Numbered from the stretch's first letter, positions 12,201 to 24,869 are shown. The stretch: DNA of 64,000 bases from Octopus sinensis (GCF_006345805.1 NC_043005.1:7688001-7752000), one strand, 5' to 3'. A program made the numbers and translations. Notes: generated from the letters alone by a model not told the origin.

Positions 12201-13354
12201 ACTACTAGTGGTCACTACCGTAACAGATTTTTGCTACTCTGTTCATGTTCATACATTTATCCAGTTTACGTTGAGGTAGAATTTGTTGAAAATATCTATT
12301 ATTGTGGAAAATTCCAGCTGATGTTACGATGATGCAGATTTTAATGTCAATACTCTATAGTTCATTACAGTATTTCAAATGTTTATATTAGTATTAGCAC
12401 TGCAGATACTAATATTGTTTTATTCTAAGAGAGAAATACCGCCTACCATATTTTGTTAAGTTTGATATAGTACACTTTGGTTACTCTGAATATGTTAATA
12501 TCGTTCTATGATACATTTTCAACAGTACTAAGATATTTATAGCATTCATTGCATAGAACAGGAGAGACAGAGCGAATTAGATATTTTCGGTTGGGAAAGC
12601 AATTTTTCCTATTTCTATTATTAGCTATGAACATTTTTCTTGGACACATTTCATTCCTCTATCAGCTGCAAATGTTTACTAAATCTAGTTGTCTTCGAAC
12701 ACATGGGGGCATTTCTATCATAAGTTTTAGGCCATCAATAAATCAATTATGGGTTATGTGGTTCTTTCTTACCCAACATAAATATTGGCTTTTGCCAAAA
12801 TAAACAGTATCACAGAAATACTGTCTCACTGGAATATTCCTTTTGAAAGATTTACAATAGAAGAGAAAGAATTGCTGCTTTTAATTCATTAGCAGAAACT
12901 AAAATAGAATTGCACTTTAGTCAGGTGTACTGATTTTTTAGGGTAGTATAAAGCATATTTACTGCCGACTTTTTATTGGTCCATATAACTTCACGTCTGA
13001 GCCTAAACCTTCCACATGAGTTAGCAGAAAGCACTATCTTAGGAGAGATACTCAATGTTTAACAATCAAGCTACACTATTACAGTTTCTACGTTGTCTTG
13101 CTATTTTAGACTAAACAGATGTAGTTTTTGGTACTGCCTCTAGTTACTATATTAATGGATACGCAGTAGCCTTAAATGAATTAGTATAAATAGCATATGG
13201 AGTTCTTGTACATAGTGTTTAGCAGTTGGACTATAATTTTCCATCGAGTGAGTCTTTTTTATTCTAGGACAAAAATTATGTTCGTGCAAGAGCAATATCA
13301 ATTTCGTTATCAGTAGTCTTTTGAAATATGGGGTCTGGGTAAACATATCGGGAC

Positions 13355-13868
13355 TGCTATGGTAACAGTGCTAAAGTACTCAGTGAAGCTGCTTGGTGCA
13401 GACTGAATTTGAACTCTGTCGTGCATGCACGCTAAGTTATAGTGTTCTCGCTCACTGCCATTTTTCAGAGTAGTGCTTGGAAGTAAAATGTGTAGGATGA
13501 GGTCGTCTCATCACACCGCAGAGGTTCCATCAGTGACCATGGCAGGGAAAATTGAGCAGAGGATCTGCATCAAATTTTACCAAAAGTTTGGTCATACCTG
13601 CGCTTTTGCCTCTTTTCAGAAATCAAATCCCACTTAAAAGGAACAAGATTTTGTGACGTCGAGGAAATCCAAGAGAATGCAACAAGGCAGCTTCTCTCTA
13701 TTCCCCCCAAAAGGAGTTCCAGGAATGCTTCCATCAATGGAAACGATCTTGGATAAAGTGCGTGGCTCCAGAAGGGGAGTACTTCGAAGGAGATTAAATG
13801 CCAAATTGATATGTGTTGTAGTTTTCTTTTTATAGTACCACTCCCGTTACTTTTCATCAGGCCTTGTA
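13355..13868 (+). mobile_element. Internally deleted mariner element
   Basis: MAGKIEQRICIKF N-terminus fused to KSHLKGTRF...QWKRSWIKCVAPEGEYFEGD* C-terminus; right TIR TTACTTTTCATCAGGCCTTG followed by TA. Confidence 0.85.
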
Positions 13869-13954
13869 TACAGGCCTTTTCTTTGTACCCCTGCATTGTG
13901 CAGGTTTTGCTGGATTTAATCAGTGTTTCAGCGTTGTTATCATTGTGTAATACC

Positions 13955-14185
13955 TATTTCTTTATTACCCACAAGGGGCTAAACACAGAGGGGACAAACA
14001 AGGACAAACAAAGGTATTAAGTCGATTACATCGACTCCAGTGCCTAACTGGTACTTAATTTATCGACCCTGAAAGGATGAAAGGCAAAGTTGACCGCGGC
14101 GGAATTTGAACTCACAACGTAACGGCAGGCGAATCACCGGTAAGCATTTCGCCTGGCGTGCTAACGTTTCTGCCAGATCGCTGCC
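13955..14185 (-). mobile_element. Family-M SINE, tail A, with 18-bp TSD
   Basis: TTATCATTGTGTAATACC at 13937-13954 and 14186-14203. Confidence 0.92.
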
Positions 14186-15655
14186 TTATCATTGTGTAAT
14201 ACCACGTCAGCCCGGATCGAGCAGCCGTATATCAGACAAAGAGTTAGCCGAGCAATAACGTAAGATCTAGAGATTTATCTTTTTTAACTACACCATGTCT
14301 CCGTCTAGCTGATAACTATGCTGCATACTCTGACACGTAGTGATGAATCAAGTGGAGCGTAGAGTGACAGTCAGGACATATTGAAGCCTCTCCACTGGTC
14401 AATGTATTTATGAACATCTGCATATTATGGCGGCATCCATAGTTGATGCGAACGAAGTGGTTCCAATGCGGCAGTTGTATTTAATTTGTATAAAGCACTT
14501 ATTTGTGTTACATATTGAAAAAAAGAAACGGCTCCCAACAACTCCGAAAACTACTCGTGGCAACGATTCGATGTCTACCCGATTCTCTGCAACAAAAATA
14601 GCCTTTGGAACGAATATTAATCAACACACCCAACCTAGCTTGGATGTGTTGTTTATAACGCCGTAAGCTGCAGCAAACGTCTTGAAAACCCATTTCGTGT
14701 AGACGACAAATGCTAAGAAGCATCGAAATTCCATCGGCTGATGAAATTTCGTCTGGACCGGCAGATGTCACTACCGTATCACCTGATTACATCTTGGACA
14801 AAAATCATGTTCGTGCAAGAGCGATATCAATTTTGATATCAGTAGTCTTTTTAATTATGGGGTCTGGGTAAAAAAATGAGTTTTCGAGATGTTACTGCAG
14901 TCTATGGCGTTATAAACAACACATCCAAGTTAGGTTGGTTGTGCTAATTAATATTCAGCACAAAGACTGCTTCGGTCACTAATAGTTGATTTATACCCCC
15001 TCCCCCCAGCTTTTCGCGACATCACTGGCTGTTTGTCCAGTATTATTCAATATCAATTTGACTGGTTTTCGGTCTGGCATTCAGTATTTGGCCAATTGTC
15101 ATGGATAATCTGCAATACAATGATATCCCGTGATACGGTAGTGCCATGCGCCGGTGCTAACGAATGTCTGGGTAGCACTGTTAAAATGTCTAAAGGAATA
15201 ATGGTGAAAATTGTTTCGGAGTTTAAAGGGGTTGACTGTCATTGCAGCATGACTCCCGAATGAAGAGTGGTAACTGTACATTTGTGGACAGTCCTTCACT
15301 AGACAGTTATAGCCGAGTGGGCATTTGTTGGTACAAGGAAAATTGTAGTTGTTGATAGAGGGCTTTTCACTAGTTTTGTGTAGTTTCTTAGCGTTTGAAA
15401 AAAAAAATTGTTTTAAGTTTAAAGTAGTCGAGTAAGAAAATATAATATAATATTATAAAATTTCCTTCTTTCCAAATGTGACATATAAATTAGCTTTTCC
15501 AAACATTGACGTTTAGTTCTCGAAAAGCTACAAGCGAAACAAGATATATTTTGTGGAACTAATGCATATAGATTACAGGTTTATTCACTCTCAAGTTTAT
15601 ATATATTCTAAGTTGCCAGACATAGAATTTTTGAATTAGTCCCCCTCTGGAAAAG

Positions 15656-15696
<41 letters not shown>

Positions 15697-15958
15697 GTAT
15701 GTATAATGTTAAAAGGCTACACACATTTATTAAAAAATAAAGACGAAAATGCTTAGTAAATTTAGCATAGAGAATCGAAAGGAAATATGTACTGGCTTCG
15801 GTTGTTCAAGACAATCTCTATGAAAGTTTAATTTATTTCAATTTTTCTTTCCATTTTATTCCACTAACATGAAGAGGTCGTCTTAAACGGTATTTATTTC
15901 CTTTCTATTTCCCATGATAAAGTTCCGTAAGCATTTTCGTCTTATTTTTCAATATATA

Positions 15959-16715
15959 CGAGGGGATATCTAAACGTTCCCGGACTAGTTCTGTAATGCG
16001 CCACCAGATGGCAGCACATGATTGTGTGTGCAGTTAGAGCTAACAGTGAGCTTCATAAGGCAGTATGACGAGATCACGTATGTACAGTAGCCTGCGATTT
16101 TTGTCATGGACAGGAAGTTGGAACAAACAGCCAACGTGAAATTTTGCGTCAAACTTGGGAAGTTTGTCACAGAGACATTGAACATCCTCGGCAAGCTTAC
16201 GGTGACGAGGCAATGGATCGTGTGCAATGTTTCGGGTGACACAGACGCTTCAAAAGCGGAAGTACGTCCCTGGAAGACGATGAGAGATTGTTGTTGTTTG
16301 TTCCTTCTCGAGCCATGCCTGGCTCATAAGGGCCGGTTTCCCGGTTTCTTTGCGTATAGGTTCCCCGCCTGGACGGGAAGCCGGTCCGTCGCAGGTGAGC
16401 TGCGAGATGCAGGAGGAAAGAGTGAGAGAAAGTTGTGGTGAAAGAGTCAGCAGAAGTTCGCCATTACCTTCTGCTGGAGCCGCATGGAGCTTAGGTGATT
16501 TCGCTCATAAACACACACATCGCCCGGTCTGAGATTCGAACCCGCAATCCATCGACCGCTGCTCTAACCACTAGGCCATGTGCCTCCACAATGCGAGATC
16601 TGGAAGACCTTCCTCGAGTGTTATCTGTGGAGAATATTCAGCAGCTTGTGCATGAGGATCGTCGGAGGACAATCAAAAGCGTTTGAGATCAGGATCTGTG
16701 GAGCGTGAAGAATTG
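15959..16715 (+). mobile_element. 5' portion of a mariner element interrupted by a SINE
   Basis: TA plus TIR CGAGGGGATATC; MDRKLEQTANVKFCVKLGK...QAYGDEAM...RFKSGSTSLEDDE | RSGRPS...VHEDRRRTI. Confidence 0.85.
16289..16589 (-). mobile_element. SINE H1-T2 nested in the mariner
   Basis: Reverse complement of 3081-3386; flanks ATG(A/C)GAGAT. Confidence 0.9.
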
Positions 16716-16732
16716 TGTGTGTGTCTATGAGT

Positions 16733-17064
16733 CCCCCTTCGGTCGTGACTGACCATGGGGTTGCAGCTAGAAAGTTACCTTCCCAGGCACAAGTACGGGC
16801 AAGGTTGTTGATGGAAGACCAGCAGTCGCCCGTGCATACCGGCCTCCCCTCTCCACGCCACCGATGTTGTCCAAGGGAAAGGCAACGGCTGATACAGCTT
16901 GGCACCTGTAATGTCGCAACTCATTTCTGCAGCTGAGTGAACTGGAGCAACGTGAAATAAAGTGCCTTGCTCAAGAACACAGTACGCAGCCCGGTCCGGG
17001 ATTCGTGCTCACAACCTCACGATCGTAAGCTCGACGCTCTAATCACTGAGCCATGCGCCTTCAC
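16733..17064 (-). mobile_element. SINE with head H2 (CORE-like TCTTGAGCAAG..CTTTATTTCACGTTGCTCCAG) and a third tail T3
   Basis: Head and core match 20260-20510 and 22736-23055; tail unrelated to those copies. Confidence 0.75.
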
Positions 17065-17078
17065 TGTGTGTGTACACA

Positions 17079-17124
<46 letters not shown>

Positions 17125-17130
<6 letters not shown>

Positions 17131-17328
17131 TGTATGTATGTAATATATATATGTGTGCGTCACTCTCTCTCTCTCTTCCTATCTCTCTCTCTTTCTATGT
17201 ATATACATACATTACCCATACATATATACATACATACATACATACATACACACACACATATATGTATATATCTACATATCTACATAGGGAATTCTCTAAC
17301 CATTAAGCTATGGACCTTCACACACACA

Positions 17329-17359
<31 letters not shown>

Positions 17360-17565
17360 CAACACACACACACACACACATACATGTATGTATGTAATAT
17401 ATATATGTGTGCGCCACTCTCTCTCTCTCTCTCCCTATATCTCTCTCTTTCTATGTATATACATACATTACCCATACATACATACATACATACACACACA
17501 CATATATGTATATATCTACATATCTACATAGGGAATTCTCTAACCATTAAGCTATGGACCTTCAC
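17125..17565. repeat. Tandem duplication (~255 bp) of a microsatellite-rich unit
   Basis: CTACATAGGGAATTCTCTAACCATTAAGCTATGGACCTTCAC occurs at ~17281 and ~17524. Confidence 0.85.
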
Positions 17566-17914
17566 ACACACACACACACACACACAGACAGACAGACAGA
17601 CAGACAGATATACACACACTCAGACACACGTACATAGCTGCTCATATATTGATATATTGCCCAAGATTTTGCATGATAAGGTGAGTATGGTTAAGAGAGT
17701 TAGTTACTTCAAAATACACTAAGCTTAAGAAATAACCATTATTATGAATCAGATCAGAACAGAAGCCACTTACGGAATTAAAAAATTGAAATTTTTTGCA
17801 TTGCATTTGCGTCTTTTATATAATGACTGGCAAATCATTTGTTTTTCATTTTCAGTGTCTAACAGTTATAGTTTCAATCAAGAGAATTCTACCTACTTTG
17901 TCTACCTTGATGGC

Positions 17915-18284
17915 GTGGAGGCGCAATGGCCCAGTGGTTAGGGCAGCGGACTCGCGGTCATAGGATCGCGGTTTCGATTCCCAGACCGGGCGTTGTGAGT
18001 GTTTATTGAGCGAAAACACATAAAGCTCCACGAGGCTCCGGCAGGGGATGGTGGTGATCTCTGCTGTACTCTTTCACCACAACTTTCTCTCACTCTTACT
18101 TCCTGTTTCTGTTGTACCTGTATTTCAAAGGGTCGGCCTTGTCACTCTCTGTGTCACGAGAACTACGTTAAGGGTGCACGTGTCTGTGGAGTGCTCAGCC
18201 ACTTACACGTTAATTTCACGAGCAGGCTGTTACGTTGATTCGGATCAACCGGAACCCTCATCGTCGTAACCGACGGAGTCCTTC
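17915..18284 (+). mobile_element. SINE H1-T1
   Basis: Homologous to 11817-12200; TSD ACCTTGATGGC. Confidence 0.9.
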
Positions 18285-18479
18285 CACCTTGATGGCACAT
18301 CTCGCATATCCATACGTACATATGCTGACATACACACGCGCGAGCATACACATACACGCATACACTCTTACACACTCTTACACATATGTGCATGCGTACA
18401 CACACACACATGTTCACACACGAAGGGTGTATATGAATGTATATGTCACAGTGGGGATGATAATATTACTGCTGCCGCA

Positions 18480-18865
18480 AGGTGGCGAGCTGGCGAAATA
18501 CGTTGCCGTCTTTCGTCTGCCGTTACGTTCTGAGTTCAAATTCCGCTGAGGTCGACTTTGCCTTTCATCCTTTCTTTCGGGGTGGATTAAATAAGTACCA
18601 GTTACGCACTGGGGTCGATATAATCGACTTAATCCGTTTGTCTGTCCTTGTTTGTCCTCTCTGTGTTTAGACCCTTGTGGATAGTAAAGAAATCGGTATT
18701 TCGTCTGCCGTTACATTCTGAGTTCAATTTCCGCCGTGGTCAACTTTACCTTTCATCCTTTCGGTATCGATAAATTAAATACCAGTTGTGTACTGAGATC
18801 GATCTAATCGACTGGCCTCCTTCCCCGAAATTTCGGGCCTTGTGCCTAGAGTAGAAAAGAATATT
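18480..18865 (+). mobile_element. Family-M SINE dimer (tail-A unit followed by tail-B unit)
   Basis: Junction AAAGAAAT|CGGTATTTCGTC at ~18690; TSD AATATTACTGCT. Confidence 0.88.
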
Positions 18866-19546
18866 ACTGCTTCTGCTGTTACTGATGGTGTTGATAAAAA
18901 ATAAAACTACAGGAAAAAAAGTAAATAAAATGAAAGAACTACAAATAAGTTATGAATCGCAAAATTAATTAATTTTGTAAAGAATAACAACAAACACTAA
19001 ACAACAACGGCAACAGCAAAAACAACATGAACAACAACAAATGGAAATGATAGAAAAATAAAGTTAAATATATATAATACATACATAATACAAATAAATA
19101 TATATACGAAACGAAGAAAAATATCGTTAAAATATCGATGCAAACAATTCTAATGACTGCGTATGTTTGCGTGTAGTATGAATGTGATTCTGTTTGAATG
19201 TGTCTGTGTGGGTGTATGTGTTCGATATGCACATGAGAAAGTGATATGAAAACGAAAAAAGATATAGCAACTGATAAATGGCAAGAGAAAATGAGAGAGA
19301 GAGAGAGAGAGGGCTGAAGAGAAGGAGAGAGACAGTGAGGGGAGAGTAAGAGTGAGAGGGAGAAATGTGTTATATAAATAAGATAGATTGGCTAAGAGAA
19401 TATGAGGGAGTATTCGAAAATGGTAGAAAAACAGTTTTACAGTTATACAGCCTATACATTTGTATTTATATTTGGTCATAGAAACCATATTTTAAGTCAT
19501 TTTCAAAAATATAACATTGAATTGTTTAAAACAATATATAAGACAA

Positions 19547-19940
19547 CTAGCAGTATCGCCCGGCGTTGCTCGGGTTTGTAAGGTAAATAACTATATAAGT
19601 ATTTTTAGAGAGTTATAGCCAAAAAATAGCAAAAAATGCATTAAAAATGGAAAAAAAAATTATGGTAAATTTTTTTTAAAACCGTTGACTCATCGTAGAC
19701 ATTTTTAGAGAGTTACTTCCCTTATATAATAGCGAAAAAATGCATTAAAATGGAAAAAAATGATGGTAATTTTTTTTTACTCGTAGACTCATCGTAGACG
19801 CGCGCTAATACCCAGAAGGGCTCGATATGAATGACGACTATAAGATACCCGCTTTTGGTTAAACTGCACCGCAAAATGTGGGAGTAGTTAGGAATCTAAA
19901 TCGTAGGAGACAGACACAACTTCACTTTTATATATAAGAC
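19547..19940 (-). mobile_element. Non-autonomous Helitron family 1 (rearranged variant)
   Basis: 3' hairpin CCCGAGCAACGCCGGG and CTAG|T terminus; homologous to 28811-29202. Confidence 0.85.
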
Positions 19941-20259
19941 AATATTTGTGCTAGTTCGCACACAAACATACACATATATCTCGACATACACACTGAAATA
20001 CGTATATATGTGCAGTCACACATGCACGTACATATACTCATGAACACATGTAGAGACAAAAACACACGCATACACGCTCACACACAAATGTTTGATCTTC
20101 TAGAAATAATCGTTAAATCTCCTTGAAATCACACTCTGCCTTACCGAGTAAAGAAAAACACATTTGACAAAGTAGTTCCCGAAATACTTCAGACGGGACG
20201 GTCTTAGTTGGACCGGGTTTGAGTATCAGTCTATTTTGACCAGGGAATAATAAAATTAA

Positions 20260-20510
20260 ATAAATGTGCCCTTTTAAAGCCTAGCCAGACTCATGGGTCC
20301 GGTTTCCCGGTTTCAATGGCGTGTGTTCCCCAGCTGGACGGGACGCCAGTCCATCGCAGCGTTACTCCTTTTTGCCAGCTGAGTGGACTGGAGCAACGTG
20401 AAATGAAGTGTTTTGCTCAAGAACACAACACGTCGCCCGGTCCAGGAATCGAAACCACAATCTTACGATCATGATGCTGACACCCTAACCACTAAGCCAC
20501 GCGCCTCCAC
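20260..20510 (-). mobile_element. SINE H2 with a T2-related tail
   Basis: 14-bp TSD TTGACCAGGGAATA (20236-20249, 20512-20525). Confidence 0.88.
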
Positions 20511-20919
20511 CTTGACCAGGGAATACCTTATATTTAATAGCTCCATCAAAAACAACACACAAATGTTAGAAATCAGTTATATAGACGTACGAGAAGGAAA
20601 GAGGCCTAGAAAAGGGCTTCAATTTCCTCCACTTATTTGAAATACCGATTAATTGGGTCTGTTACTGTTCGATGGCACTGTCGCACATGGAATGGAGAAC
20701 AACATTACTGATTTCTAGTAATGGAAGAAAGCTACACGTTTTGCAGGAATGTCTGGTCGTTTAACACGGATCTTAGTTTCTGATAGACTTATTCTATCAA
20801 GCTTAAGCTTAAGTTGGTTATATCGTGATTTGAACTGAGAACTCAAAGGACCGCTTAGCGTTTTCTACGATGCCCGTGAATAGATGATGGTGAGGATAAT
20901 GAGAATAGTGATGTGGATT

Positions 20920-21330
20920 CTGCTAGTCCTTATCTTCCTCCTCCTCCCCCTCCTCGTCGTCATCCTCCTCCCCCTCCTCGTCGTCCTCCCCCACTCCCCC
21001 TCGTCGTCCTTCTTCCCCTCCTCGTCGTCCTCCTCCCATTCTCGTCGTCCTCTCCCCTCCCCCTCCCCTTCTCGTCGTCCTTCTCCCCCTCCTCGTCGTC
21101 CTCCTCCCCTTCTCGTCATCCTTCTCCTCTTCCTCGTCCCCTCCTCCCATTCTCGTCGTCCTCCTCCTATTCTCGTCGTCCTCCTCCCATTCTCGTCGTC
21201 CTCCTCCCCCTCCTCTCTCGTCCTCCTCCCCTTCTCGTCATCCTTCTCCTCCTCCTCGTCCCCTCCTCCCATTCTTGTCGTCCTCCTCCTCCCCCTCCTC
21301 CCCCTCCTCTCTCCCTACTCGTCCTCCTTC
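20920..21330. repeat. GC-rich (CCT/CGT) low-complexity minisatellite
   Basis: Reiterated TCGTCGTCCTCCTCCC; source of the spurious Pro/Arg-rich ORFs. Confidence 0.9.
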
Positions 21331-21339
21331 TCATCTACT

Positions 21340-21580
21340 GACAACGCCACTCACTCGTTTCAGGGACGATGGCGGATTCTTTACACATCCCGTTCAATCA
21401 TCAGTGTCCAAAGTTCATCGACAGTCATGTCCATAAGAGTCATCATGACCATGGTTTTGGTAAGATTCTCATGGTTAATTTTCCAATGAGGTGATATGAT
21501 AACTTGACTGAGTAGCTTTGACAATATCCTCAAATTGAAGCCGTCTTCCTGCTATCTTGTTGCTCAATCCTGCAGTCTAT
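21340..21580 (-). pseudogene. RTE-like LINE 3' fragment
   Basis: GLSNKIAGRRLQF and DELWTLMIERDV*R resemble the RTE C-terminal RRLRFAGH...M.DR..WR. Confidence 0.55.
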
Positions 21581-21805
21581 TTAATATTCATTTCTAGTAT
21601 TGACATAAGGCCACCGATTTTGGAGGAGGGTATATTTGAATAATATTGGTTACAGAACTTGTCTGGTACTTCAAATCCTGTTGAAGTCAGCCGTCTATTT
21701 AATCCACCAACACCAAAATTGATTCCATTGATTACTTCACATCCCTCCTTTACAAATATTTGACATTATACTTTGTTTCAATCCACTACTACTATTTATA
21801 TTCTA

Positions 21806-22201
21806 CTAGCAGTATCGCCCGGCGTTGCTCGGGTTTGTAAGGGAAATAACTATATAAGCATTTTTAGAGATGTAAAGTATAATAGCCATCTCAATATGGC
21901 TAACCACAAAGGGGGGGGGGTGTTACTGTAGCTTTTTACGTTCTGAGATTTAATAATAAATTTTTAGAGAGTTACTTCCCTTATATATGCCAAAAATGCA
22001 TTAAAAATGGGAAAAATTGATAGTAAATTTTTTAAAAATCGTAGACTCATCGTAGACGCGCGCTAATACCCAGAAGGGCTCGATATGAATCACGACTATA
22101 AGATACCCGAATTTGGTTAAACTGCATCGCAAAATGTGGGAGTAGTTAGGAATCTAAATCGTAGGAGACAGACAGCACACAATCTCTCTTTTATATATAT
22201 A
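21806..22201 (-). mobile_element. Non-autonomous Helitron family 1
   Basis: CTAG terminus at 21806 with subterminal hairpin; near-identical to 42749-43145. Confidence 0.9.
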
Positions 22202-22203
22202 TA

Positions 22204-22461
22204 TTGGTTTGGTGCATAATTATTGCAGCTTTTTTTCAACAAATTTTATTTAACAAAAACAATAACAATATCTAACAAAAACATCTCTAAATGATTATTC
22301 CGGAGCATATTCACCATCTCCTTCAATTACTGCTTCCCATTTGCTTCGCAGACGATCAGACCGCCATTTAAAGATGTTTTTGTTAAATATTGTTATTGCT
22401 TTTTATTGAATAAAATTTGTTGAAAAAAGAAAAAGCCGCAATAATTTATGCACCAACCCAA
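22204..22461. mobile_element. Mariner-derived MITE with long inverted arms, inserted at TA
   Basis: TIRs TTGG(T/G)TTGGTGCATAA; minus-strand core LRSKWEAVIEGDGEYAPE* is a mariner C-terminus. Confidence 0.85.
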
Positions 22462-22735
22462 TAATAAGTTTCAATGATTTCAATGATAATTTTGAAATAA
22501 TTTAACTTATTCTTAATAATCGTTCCTATCATTAATTCTCATTTGTATTGTTATGTATTTAACTGGAAATTTAATTTGTGTTAGATTCACTTTTATTAAT
22601 TCATTCACTATTCTGTACTTATTTTGCATAAAAAAAAAATCTATTTTTATTTAAGTTTTGATATTTGTAAGCTAATCGTAATTTACACACCATATTGCAT
22701 TCTATGTTAATCATACCGAGAATAAAATATTAAAT

Positions 22736-23066
22736 GAGGGCGCGTGGCTTAGTGGTTAGGGCATTCGGCTCATGATCGTAAGGTTGTGAGTTCGATTCCC
22801 GGCGACGCGTTGTGTCCTTGAGCAAGACACTTTATTTCACGTTGCTCCAGTCCACTCAACTGGCAAAAATGAGTTGTACTTGTATTTCAAAGGGTCAGCC
22901 TTGTCACTCTCTGTGTCACGCTGATTATCCCCGAGAACTGCGTTAAGGGTACACGTGTCTGTGGAATGCTCAGCCATTTGCACGTTAATTTCACGAGCAA
23001 GCTGTTCCGTTGATCGTATCAGCTGGGACCCTCGTCGTCGTAACCGGCGGAGTCTTTTTTTTTTTT
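22736..23066 (+). mobile_element. SINE H2-T1
   Basis: GAGGGCGCGTGGCTTAGTGG head, T1 tail and poly-T; TSD AAATATTAAAT. Confidence 0.9.
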
Positions 23067-23383
23067 AAATATTAAATATCCAGTTGCGCCTGCCAGACAT
23101 GGAAGATATGGTAGCATCGGTCTTCAGCCGAACAACGGAAACTGTCAAAAGGAATTTCGTCAGAATTCAGGAACAGGTAGGAAGTCTGGAAGATATAATC
23201 TGTTATAAAGTTACTCCAAGTCAGAAACTGACAAATAAAAAGAAGGGCGGAAAAAGACGGGATACAATGGAAGAAAATATAAAAATTGCATACAGAGGAA
23301 ATTCTGATGGACTTTAATTATAATGTGCCCCATGTGGAGGAGAAGCGTACCGAGGTAGATAACGAAAGAACTGTATAACTGAT

Positions 23384-23834
23384 TGGGATCGTTTCGGTTT
23401 GAACGGCAGTTTTTAACATAATTTCTAGGTAACTAAAAAATTTTAAACTTCGTATACTGGTAGAATGTGTTTATAAAACATCTTTTTCTCTTGGCTTTAT
23501 TGAGAAAATTCTATAGTTTGTGAGATATTCGTTGTTTTTTCCTCAATTTCTGCAATTTCAACCAATCAATGACGTCCATTGAGGTAAACAACATTCTGTG
23601 CCGTATGAATATGTCCCTCGTTTAAGAAACAGATTGGTTTTATTTACATTTGTGAAGAAAAAAAGATACCCTTCCCCCCACCCCTGACCCTAACCCTAAC
23701 CCTAACTAACCCTAACTAACCGTAACCCTAAAACAGATTGAAATGCAATAGATCGATACTAGGGTCATAATTATGGGTGACAATTTCATATGACACCGCT
23801 AGAAAAAACTGCCGTTCAAACCGAAAAGATCCCA
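23384..23834. mobile_element. MITE-like element with 31-bp TIRs and internal telomere-like repeats
   Basis: TGGGATC(G/T)TTTCGGTTTGAACGGCAGTTTTT inverted at both ends; (CCCTAA)n-like tract at 23682-23732; no TSD seen. Confidence 0.8.
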
Positions 23835-24636
23835 GCCGAAAACTACGTGGAATCCTGCCGGTTGGATAGTACTTGTATAACGGTGCAGCCTTGTTATACA
23901 GCATGTCATACTGAATCTGCCTGAGGATTACGTTAAGATACAAGTATTTGCGTAATACTAGGCACTTCACACACAAAATTCAACGAGTCTGCTAGCTCAG
24001 TTGATCGTCGAAACTGATGGAAATCCATTTATATTGATGTTTAGAGGTGATTTTAAAACTTGACAATGGCTGTAGCTTCAGCTACTCTCTCCTCAAACCA
24101 ATAAAATACATCGCCTATTGATAGCTACATCAAACAATTAACTATTTTATCACATTTTTGAGATAAATATATTCGGCGATATCTTTTGTTATTTTCTTGC
24201 ATGTTATCTGCATTTAAAGTTTGTTCCAGTAAACAAGAATGTTGTTTTTTTATCACCTTACCCATATCTGAAGTCATATTTTCTTGAGAATACCACCTCA
24301 CCTTGCATTATAGCAATATTCAATATCAAATATTTATTTTACTTGTTATATATAACTTACAAAATTCTACAAATTTCGCCCTCCACCCGTGCCCTCCACC
24401 AGGGTTTCGAGCACGTTGATAGCATTCAGGAATTTCTTCACAGCCTGATAATTACAGCTTGATAATGCAGATGCAAAAACAAATATGTACACATATACAA
24501 GCGCTATGTATACACCACTCACACACAAACATACACGAAAGCACATTATCACACACATATACAAACATATGTATTTGATAAGCAATTATCTCACGTGCTG
24601 GCCACACTCACACAAACACATATGGATGTATATATC

Positions 24637-24675
<39 letters not shown>

Positions 24676-24676
24676 C

Positions 24677-24772
<96 letters not shown>

Positions 24773-24869
24773 ATATAAATGCACAAAACACTTCTTCCTG
24801 CAATGTGTATTTACTGTTATAGCTTCGAAAACGATCAACTTTTTTCTTCGTGATAATACACCGGATTAT

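Noticed and set aside
15033-15299. Overlapping 66-76 aa ORFs in unique-looking DNA
   Set aside because: No homology recognised and no splice support
20865-21489. Pro/Ser- or Arg/Glu-rich ORFs of 135-201 aa
   Set aside because: Derived from a low-complexity minisatellite open in several frames
23084-23317. 77-aa ORF with protein-like composition
   Set aside because: No recognisable motif or splice signals; possibly a LINE ORF1 relic but unsupported
23682-23732. (CCCTAA)n as a real telomere or fusion site
   Set aside because: Short, degenerate and enclosed by transposon-like TIRs
24400-24440. CTGAATG...CGAAACC on the minus strand as a hammerhead
   Set aside because: Core does not fit CUGANGA and the helices do not form
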